NCBI GenBank assembly: GCA_963772005.1
Contig: CAVYVS010000021.1
Coordinates: 102,469-126,468 of the forward strand
Length of the DNA stretch: 24,000 bases
Direction of reading: 5' to 3'
Source: an uncultured Nitrososphaerota archaeon
GTDB taxonomy: Archaea; Thermoproteota; Nitrososphaeria; Conexivisphaerales; DTJL01
Part shown: one piece after another, positions 17,586 through 24,000 of the stretch
Layout of the letters: each line of letters begins with the position of its first letter
Position numbering within the stretch: the stretch's first letter is position 1
Translations under genes and position numbers: made by a program
Notes under the pieces: generated by a model
What the model saw: the letters and a program-made list of their open reading frames with translations, nothing else
Database searches by the model: none
Told to the model about the DNA's origin: nothing

Positions 17586-17661
17586 AGCGGGGTGGGGAAG
17601 CCAGGCCTATCCCGGCGGGCTCATAACCCGCAGAGCGGTGGTCCAAATCCACCCCCCGCTA
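17586..17661 (+). tRNA. Initiator tRNA-Met (CAU)
   Basis: Hand-folded cloverleaf: acceptor AGCGGGG/CCCCGCT (A1-U72 pair), D-stem GGG/CCC, anticodon stem GCGGG/CCCGC with CTCATAA loop (CAT at 17622-17624), T-stem GGTGG/CCACC with TCCAAAT loop, discriminator A, CCA not encoded. A1-U72 and three consecutive G:C pairs in the anticodon stem mark it as the initiator. Confidence 0.96.
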
Positions 17662-17990
17662 TTTCGTTATTACCGACTGGACAGTGTGTCTAACTGAATC
17701 CCTATCCCATTCATGCTTCCTGCCCTTTCCTCTGTCGAGAACACGGGAAGTCTACAGAACCGCGTGGAAGTTCAGCGCGATCATCGTCAAAGGGCGGGCA
17801 CAATTCCCTAGCGTGTCCCTTAGAGGTCAACCATCTCCATTGCCCGAGGCCTGGTCGACAGTTGGGTTCGAGAATTCTGAGAGGCCTCAACCGACTCTGC
17901 GAACCGCTCCTCTTTGTCGGTCATCGCTCAGGGAGTCTAAGGGCGTGTTTGGTGGCCCATGCCGCCGGCGCAATCCCGCCGAAAGTCGAA

Positions 17991-18239
17991 TCAGCGGCCG
18001 CCTAGGCGGCTGTACCGTGAAAGGGTCTCTTCCGGACCTCCGGGCATGGGACCTGGCGTCTTCTTTGCAGCCTTCTTGCCGCAGCGTCCCCTCTCCTTGT
18101 GTTTCCTCAGGTTGCTTACAACCTTCCCGCAGACATCGCAGACTGGCAACGCATCGGGGAACTGGTGCTTGTTCGTAATAAGGTTGGCCGACGAACTCGC
18201 TTGGTCGATATGTGAATTTGACGGAAATGGCTCGTTCAC
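17991..18239 (-). CDS. Small C2HC/C2H2-like zinc-finger protein
   Basis: (M)NEPFPSNSHIDQASSSANLITNKHQFPDALPVCDVCGKVVSNLRKHKERGRCGKKAAKKTPGPMPGGPEETLSRYSRLGGR*; Cx2C...HxxxxxxC motif. Confidence 0.5.
   Translation of the reverse strand: MNEPFPSNSHIDQASSSANLITNKHQFPDALPVCDVCGKVVSNLRKHKERGRCGKKAAKKTPGPMPGGPEETLSRYSRLGGR
17997..18010. repeat. Perfect 14-bp palindrome GCCGCCTAGGCGGC
   Basis: Directly readable at the 3' end of the small zinc-finger ORF. Confidence 0.6.
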
Positions 18240-18285
18240 GCGATAAGGTCTAAAGGGGCGCCCTGGTCACTCGACGCGTTGAGAA

Positions 18286-19154
18286 TTGCCCGTCCCAAGG
18301 CCCTTTGAATACTATGCACCGAAGACTGTCGCAGACGCTCTAAGTACATGGGTGAGAACGAAGACGGGAAGTACATCGCCGGCGGTCAGAGCCTGGTACC
18401 GCTAATGAGATTCAGGTTGGTCAGCCCCCGGGTTCTGGTGGACATAGGGAAGCACCTCGGCCGCGAGCTTTCATACGTCAGGGACGATGGCAACGGGCTC
18501 TCAATCGGCTCGTTGACCACACACTATGAAATCTCCTCCTCCGAAGCCGTGCAATCCGAATGCCCGATGCTCGGCAAGGCGGCCCAAGACGTAGGAGACC
18601 ACCAAGTGAGGAACAGGGGCACCATAGGGGGGAGCCTCTGTCATGCCGACCCGGCCGCCCATTATCCCCCTGCGATGGTCGCCTTGGACGCTTCACTCGT
18701 TATACGTGGGAGCAAAGGGACGCGCACCGTTCGTGCCGCCGACTTCTTCAAGGACCTCTTCACAACGGATCTGGCTCTAGGAGAGCTGCTGACGGAGATC
18801 AGGATTCCTCGCTCTCCTGGAACCCGATGGGGTTACGAAGTGATCCATGGCCAGGGAGGGAGCTACTCAACTGCCATCGCCGCCGTCGCGTTACACATCA
18901 GCGGCACCACCTGCGATTCTGCTGCGGTGGTAATCGGCGCATGTTCGCCGGCTCCCGTGCGGCTCAAGGAGGCGGAAGAACTCCTGAACGGGCAGGGGTT
19001 AACAGAGAAGACGATAATCGGAGCCTCTTCAGCCGTTAGGACCCACCTAAGGGAGCCGCTGGTGGACGCCAGGATTCGTGCTAGCTACCGTCGCGACATG
19101 GCAGAGTTGGCTACAAAGCGCGCGCTCTTGGCAGCAGCTGGGGTGTTTATATGA
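18286..19154 (+). CDS. CoxM-like FAD-binding subunit of a molybdenum hydroxylase (N-terminus frame-disrupted near 18346)
   Basis: Upstream frame reads (M)PVPRPFEYYAPKTVADALST; the track ORF reads MGENEDGKYIAGGQSLVPLMRFRLVSPRVLVDIG...NRGTIGGSLCHADPAAHYPPAMVALDA, with typical AGGQSL and TIGGSLCHADPA FAD motifs. Confidence 0.88.
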
Positions 19155-19651
19155 AGATCAAATTCACGGTCAACGGGAAGCCCTACGAGGTCGAGGCCGA
19201 AGCAAGGACCCTCCTCGTAGACATGCTCAGGGAGCTTGGCTTCGTAAGCATTCATCAAGGATGCGACGAAGGGCGATGTGGGGCCTGCACGGTCTTCATG
19301 GATGGGGAAGCCGTGAAGTCCTGCCTGCTTTTCGGCGTGCAGGCTGACGGGTCCTCCATCATAACCGCGGAAGGGTTGGCCAACGAGCACGGTTTCCATC
19401 CCTTACAAAAGGCGTTTTCAGAATGCCTCGCCGTGCAGTGTGGCTACTGTACTCCGGGGCTTCTGATGACTTCCTACGACCTCCTCCGCAAATTCCCCGA
19501 ACTGGATGAGACGACCGTCCGCAAAGCCATTTCGGGTAACATCTGCAGGTGCACGGGTTACTCCGGCATCGTCGAGGCAATCCTGCGCGCCTCGGCCCGA
19601 GCATGGCGGGGAGTCAAGCGCACAAAAAGGGCTTGCCACGACAGCCCCTAA
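19151..19651 (+). CDS. CoxS-like 2Fe-2S subunit of a molybdenum hydroxylase
   Basis: MKIKFTVNGKPYEVEAEARTLLVDMLRE..., CDEGRCGACTVFMDG and QCGYCTPGLLM...GNICRCTGY iron-sulfur motifs. Confidence 0.95.
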   Translation: MKIKFTVNGKPYEVEAEARTLLVDMLRELGFVSIHQGCDEGRCGACTVFMDGEAVKSCLLFGVQADGSSIITAEGLANEHGFHPLQKAFSECLAVQCGYCTPGLLMTSYDLLRKFPELDETTVRKAISGNICRCTGYSGIVEAILRASARAWRGVKRTKRACHDSP

Positions 19652-20106
19652 CTCGTGACCGGCTTGCCGGAAGATTCGAGAGAAGCATGAAGATTCCCGA
19701 AGACCTCTTTCACGAGCCTCTCTGCTACCGCCCCAAGGACTCTCTGCCCCAGAGAGGCAAGCGTACCTGATACCGTGGCGACGGCGCTCCAGCTTAGAGC
19801 GGTCTCTGTGACGCCTCCCTGCAAGTCGACGGTTATCTCAAGATCTACAGCGCTGCCGCTCCCCAGTCCATGTCCCCGCAGCTTGACATGCGAAGGAGGC
19901 GTCCTCTCAGAGACGTCGAAGACTATCGTGAAGTTCGTCTTGATCATAGAGATGCCGAGCTTTGCGACCACGCTGAACCTGTCTGGCCCTAGAACGCCGA
20001 CCTCTTGAATGTCGGGAATCCCCTTGGAGAAATTTTCGGGATCGTTGAGGAACCTGAAGACCTCCTCTCTGTCAGCGTGAATCAGTTCCGATCCCTTGAA
20101 TTCCAA
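19648..20106 (-). CDS. CoxG-like SRPBCC domain protein
   Basis: MEFKGSELIHADREEVFRFLNDPENFSKGIPDIQEV..., typical CoxG/START-fold beginning; sits between the coxS-like and coxL-like genes on the opposite strand. Confidence 0.85.
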   Translation of the reverse strand: MEFKGSELIHADREEVFRFLNDPENFSKGIPDIQEVGVLGPDRFSVVAKLGISMIKTNFTIVFDVSERTPPSHVKLRGHGLGSGSAVDLEITVDLQGGVTETALSWSAVATVSGTLASLGQRVLGAVAERLVKEVFGNLHASLESSGKPVTS

Positions 20107-20363
20107 TGTCGACCTTCAACCTCAGATGGCTTAGGACTAAATACGGCTTTCCAAGCCACTCCCTCCCGTTTGCCGGCGATACGATGAGCCCTATTAGCGC
20201 GTCAACGCTTAACTACCCTGCGACTTTATGACGAGAAGGCCTTGAACGAAAGGAACGCCATAGCTGCCCCTCACCTTTTGGTCTCGCCCAAGAGGGGCGA
20301 CTTCCACATCTGTGGAAGAGAGCAAGGCCGCGGCGACGGGCCGGCCGGAAGGGGAGTTCAGAT

Positions 20364-22319
20364 TTGAGAGAGTCCGACAAGTTCCTAATCGGGAGAGGTC
20401 GCTTCGTCGACGACTTGAGGTTCGAGGGAATGCTTCACCTGAAGATGGTTCGGAGCCCCTATGCTAGGGCCAGAATACTGAAGCTGAAGGGTGGAATCAC
20501 AGGAGCGGAGTTCAAGGCGGACCTGATATCGGTGGGCGAAGGCTCCTGGGGGGGCCCGGTGGCCGTCGCATGTCCCGCTCTCCCTACGGAATATGTCAGC
20601 TACCCGGGCCAACCTGTGGCAGGGGTCTTGGGGAGAAGCGTATACGAAGCCGAGGACCTCCTTGAGCAGGTGGAGGTCGACTACGAGCCGCTCAAGCCTC
20701 TTGTCGACCCTGAGGAAGCGACAAGCTTCGAGCCAATCCATCCCACGGCGAAGTCGAACGTGGCGAGCTCGTTCAAGCTGGGCGATGACTTCACTGACGA
20801 TTCCCCGATCGTCCTGGAGGACGATTTGGTCAACGCAAGGCTGTCCCCCAATCCCCTAGAGCCACGGGGATTGGTCGCCCAGTACGACGGATCGCGCCTC
20901 ACCGTGTGGGCCTCGACCCAGTCAGTGCACACATGGAGGGAGGCACTGGGCGATGTGGCCGGCCTCAAGCCAGAGGCTGTCAGAGTCGTCCAGATGGATA
21001 CCGGAGGCGCCTTTGGGGCCAAGAGCTCGCTCTACCCCGAGTATGCGGTCGCCTGCTACGCGGCGATCAAGACGCGCAAGCCTGTAAAATGGGTGGAGAC
21101 GAGGTCAGAGCATCTCCTTGCCACGAACCAAGGGAGGGGGGTTCGTGCTAGGATGAGGATATTCTCTGACAGGATTGGCAGGATTAGCGGCTTGAAGGCG
21201 GACGTGTTGGTGGACACGGGTGCCTTCGCCACGGGGATTGGAGCCTCTGCTCCACGCTTCATCGGCTTTATGCTTACGGGGCCTTATGCCATAGGGAAGG
21301 CATACGTCAATGCCTCAGCGGTCTTCACGAACAAGGTACCCCTGGGCCCCTACAGGGGGGCTGGTCGCCCGGAGGCCGCCTTCTTTATCGAGAGGATGAT
21401 GGACCTCCTAGCTGACGAGCTCAAGGCAGATCCACTGGACATCAGGCTCAGGAACGCGAGCCCCAAGCCCTATGTTTCGCCATTGGGAATGAAGGTGGAT
21501 GCGCTCGAGCCCTTCCTGACGTCGGCCGCAGAACACCTGCGCTATCGCGACCGGGCCGGGCAGAAGGGGATGGGATTCTCCTGCTTCATCCTCCCATCTG
21601 CGGTCCAACCTGGCGATTCTGCTCGAGTCTCTATCAAGAGAGGCTCAGTTCGAGTCTGGCTCGGGGGGAGTCAGAGCGGTCAGCGTCACATTGTCATCGC
21701 GAAGAGGGTCCTGCACGACGAATTAGGCATCCCGGAGTCGGCGATTGAACTCGAACCGGGTGATACGGACGAGCTGGACGAAGGCGTTGGCACATGGGGG
21801 AGCAGGACCGCCATCGTGGCGTATGCCGCCCTCGTGGAGGCAGCTAGCAAGATACGAGAACAGGCCAAACAGGTCGGGGCAGGCTCCCCCGAAGAGCTTC
21901 TCAAGGGAGAGTTCGACGTCAAAGTTTTCGCCAACCTGCATGAGTCAGTGAGCTCCCTGGGAGCGAACCTCGTAAGGGTCTCGCTGAGCGAGACCGGCGA
22001 GGCCAGGGTAGAAGAATGTCGAGCCTTCTACGACATCGGCAAGGTCTTGGACGAGGAGAACGTAGTGGCACAGGTGGTTGGCGGCGCCGCCCAGGGCATC
22101 GGCCAAGTTCTCTCCGAAGAGTCTTGGTATGACAAGGATGGCCAGTTGATAACCGGGACCATAGCCGACACCGGATTGCCGCTGGCCACTGCGGTCCCTA
22201 ACGTTAAGGTTCAGCTCGCCCAGCACTCGTCATCCGAAAACGTCCGAGTCAAGGGTGTTGGGGAGGCATCTACGACCGGCCTCCCTCCTGCCGTAGTCAG
22301 AGCCATTGGACCATGGTAG
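20364..22319 (+). CDS. CoxL-like molybdopterin-binding large subunit (xanthine oxidase family, not form I CO dehydrogenase by motif); start and C-terminus uncertain
   Basis: SDKFLIGRGRFVDDLRFEGMLHLKMVRSPYARARI..., TQSVHTWREALGD, DTGGAFGAKSSLYPEYAVACYAA, VPLGPYRGAGRPEAAFFIERMMD, catalytic-Glu region VKGVGEASTTGLPPAVV. Confidence 0.92.
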   Translation: MRESDKFLIGRGRFVDDLRFEGMLHLKMVRSPYARARILKLKGGITGAEFKADLISVGEGSWGGPVAVACPALPTEYVSYPGQPVAGVLGRSVYEAEDLLEQVEVDYEPLKPLVDPEEATSFEPIHPTAKSNVASSFKLGDDFTDDSPIVLEDDLVNARLSPNPLEPRGLVAQYDGSRLTVWASTQSVHTWREALGDVAGLKPEAVRVVQMDTGGAFGAKSSLYPEYAVACYAAIKTRKPVKWVETRSEHLLATNQGRGVRARMRIFSDRIGRISGLKADVLVDTGAFATGIGASAPRFIGFMLTGPYAIGKAYVNASAVFTNKVPLGPYRGAGRPEAAFFIERMMDLLADELKADPLDIRLRNASPKPYVSPLGMKVDALEPFLTSAAEHLRYRDRAGQKGMGFSCFILPSAVQPGDSARVSIKRGSVRVWLGGSQSGQRHIVIAKRVLHDELGIPESAIELEPGDTDELDEGVGTWGSRTAIVAYAALVEAASKIREQAKQVGAGSPEELLKGEFDVKVFANLHESVSSLGANLVRVSLSETGEARVEECRAFYDIGKVLDEENVVAQVVGGAAQGIGQVLSEESWYDKDGQLITGTIADTGLPLATAVPNVKVQLAQHSSSENVRVKGVGEASTTGLPPAVVRAIGPW

Positions 22320-22423
22320 GACACAGGCTGCGCCGGACCCCGGTCCACCAGGATGAGCTGATCGCTCGCAAACAGACTCAGGATGCCTTGATGGCGGGCT
22401 TCGACGACGTTTCTGCCCAACGT

Positions 22424-22433
22424 TTTTATTTTT
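22424..22433 (+). promoter_or_regulatory. Putative TATA element for the M28-like gene
   Basis: TTTTTATTTTTC AT-rich stretch about 35 nt upstream of the start at 22462. Confidence 0.4.
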
Positions 22434-22461
22434 CACACATCTATGCTTTTGTTGAACGATT

Positions 22462-23333
22462 TTGTCCGCTGACGTCTCCCCCGATCGACTGAAGTCTCAT
22501 GTCTCCTCTCTGTACTACGTACGCCACCCTGATGCGAATCCGAAGGGCTTGGACAAAGCCAGAGAATCCATCTGGAATCAGATGGTGGAAAGCGGATGCT
22601 ATATGGTCGACCAGAGCTGGAAGACTGGAAAGCTCGTCTTTCATAACGTGGTGGGCGAAAAGGCAGCTGGATTCAAGACTCCGCCCACCCTCGTCCTCAT
22701 GGCGCACTACGACACCGTGGAGAACTCCTCCGGAGCGGGAGATAATGCGAGCGGAGTGGCCATCATGTTGGAAGCCAGCAGACTCATAGGTAGTTCGGGC
22801 ATCCCCGTCAGGGTCTTCTTCGCCGCCCTCTCCATGAAAGAGGTCTGGGAGGGAGTCGGCCTAAGGGGAAGCCAGGCGCTGCTGGCCAACCTGAAGTCAA
22901 GGGGAATCCCGGTGGACGCCGCCGTTTGTCTCGACTCGGTTGGTGTTTCGGGGCAGATGAAACAAGCCACTCCCGATGGTCTTCCGGCTCCGCTGCCAAC
23001 CAAGGGCGACTTCCTGGCTTTGATCGGATGTGAATCGTCGAAGGCCCTGCTGGAGTCCTTCGGCAACGCGTGCAAGACTGGGGCCCCCTCCTTGCCGACC
23101 GTTCCAGTGATTCTCCCCGGCAAGGGCGAATCGACACCCGAGGCCTTGAGGGGAGATCAGACCACCTTCTGGGCAGGCGGATACCAAGCGCTCCTGCTCA
23201 CCGACACTGGCGCCTCTCGATATCCAGGCTAATGGCCCTGGTGATAGCCCCGACAGGCTGAACTACAGACTTCATGGCGGATGTCTGCAGGGCAATCGTC
23301 GCCTATGCCGCAACCGTTTCCAATAAGACTTAA
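22462..23333 (+). CDS. M28-family (aminopeptidase-like) zinc peptidase homologue; C-terminus recovered across two apparent +1 indels
   Basis: LVLMAHYDTVENSSGAGDNASGVAIMLEASR, GLRGSQALL, AVCLDSVG, DQTTFWAGGYQALLLTDTGASRYP. Beyond the track stop the C-terminus continues as ANGPGDSPDRLNY then DFMADVCRAIVAYAATVSNKT*. Confidence 0.8.
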
Positions 23334-23359
23334 GGTCGCAACCAGGTAGACCCCTTGCG

Positions 23360-24000
23360 TTGACCGCACTGGTCCAGCCGAGCCCGATCCTCCTCCTCGG
23401 CGGGCTGGGGATCATCCTAGTTGGGGTGGCTCCGGTCCTATACTGGAGGCGACAACGCGACGTTTCCTGGAAGATTTTCGGCCTTGGCGCGGTAGTCTGG
23501 CTCTCCGTTTCAGTCCTCAAGGCCATCGCGGACATCTACGTCACTCCCGGCCTGGCCGCCGCGGCCCAGGGTTCCTCTGGGATCATCACAGCCTTGGTCT
23601 ACGGGCTCTACGTGGGATTGGAGACTGGCATATTCAACACAGGATTCACATGGATATGGGCACGGCGCTTCCGCCTGTTCGACGCATCCTTCGATGATGC
23701 CGTGGGCTTCGGCTTGGGTTTCGCGTGCGTCGAGGCCTTGGCCCTTGGGCTCAACAGCCTTCTTGGGATCCTGGGATCCTGATGAACCCGGGAATCAGTG
23801 GGAGCCTCAGCCCTGCCCTGCAGCAGGCACTCTCCAGTCAATATGCTCTGGGACCAGCGCTAATCGGAGCGCCCATCATTGAACGTATCTCGAACCTTTT
23901 CATCGACTGCTTCGCTATCGTAATGGTCTTCATGTGGCGATCCGGGGGGCAAAGGAGGATCTTTCCAATCGCAGTACTCTATGCGTCGCTGGCGGAATTC
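23360..24000 (+). CDS. YhfC-like multi-spanning membrane protein, frameshifted near 23765-23780 and truncated by the right edge
   Basis: MTALVQPSPILLLGGLGIILVGVAPVLYWRRQ...ITALVYGLYVGLETGIFNTGFTWIWARRF...DDAVGFGLGFACVEALALGLNSLLGIL. It continues in another frame as MNPGISGSLSPALQQALSSQYALGPALIGAPIIERISNLFIDCFAIVMVFMWRSGGQRRIFPIAVLYASLAEF to base 24000 without a stop. Confidence 0.5.
23765..23780. repeat. Tandem duplication of an 8-bp unit (GGGATCCT x2)
   Basis: gggatcctgggatcct directly readable; coincides with a reading-frame break. Confidence 0.8.

Noticed and set aside
17586-17661. Could the CAU tRNA be tRNA-Ile2 or elongator Met, given tiaS next door?
   Set aside because: The A1-U72 pair, the three G:C pairs in the anticodon stem and overall similarity to archaeal initiator tRNAs favour tRNA-iMet.
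18286-22319. Calling the cluster a CO dehydrogenase (coxMSL)
   Set aside because: The large subunit lacks the form I AYRCSFR signature; substrate left open and no gene symbols assigned.
1-24000. Search for CRISPR arrays, transposases, integrases, toxin-antitoxin or other defence modules
   Set aside because: No regularly spaced repeats and no recognisable mobile-element or defence proteins in any frame examined.
23995-24000. GAATTC (EcoRI) exactly at the right window edge, hinting at a cloning junction
   Set aside because: A single 6-bp site is compatible with chance and no vector sequence is visible.

Overview
This window looks like a gene-dense, GC-rich archaeal chromosomal segment. The lineage is probably Thermoproteota/Thaumarchaeota-like, inferred from gene content only. 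From left to right I read: (1) a partial argH on the minus strand, running off the left edge and absent from the ORF track, preceded by a frameshifted gene whose 3' half reads as an ACT domain; (2) a divergent argG-lysW-lysX-lysY-lysZ-lysJ-lysK cluster for carrier-protein (LysW) dependent lysine and/or arginine synthesis, in which the 56-aa lysW is also missing from the track; (3) an ABC-2 exporter pair; (4) ribosomal protein L12/P1; (5) iorA-iorB; (6) a D-2-hydroxyacid dehydrogenase; (7) an RNase P RNA on the minus strand, in a stretch where the ORF track shows spurious ORFs; (8) tsr3 and a small AsnC/Lrp-type domain protein; (9) a Cys/Met-metabolism PLP enzyme; (10) tiaS and an initiator tRNA-Met; (11) a small zinc-finger protein; (12) a CoxM/CoxS/CoxG-like/CoxL molybdenum hydroxylase set that lacks the form I CO dehydrogenase motif; (13) an M28-like peptidase with apparently altered metal-ligand positions; (14) a YhfC-like membrane protein cut by the right edge. 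A notable pattern is about 11 apparent indel frameshifts in the two outer parts of the window (about 0.7-7 kb and 18.3-24 kb), while about 7.1-17.5 kb looks clean. This may be sequence error rather than biology. I found no CRISPR array, transposase, integrase or recognisable defence system. I saw no convincing brand-new multi-gene system. The best leads are the ACT-domain putative regulator linked to argH and the LysW operon, the non-form-I Mo-hydroxylase, the M28 homologue, and the structured region upstream of iorA.
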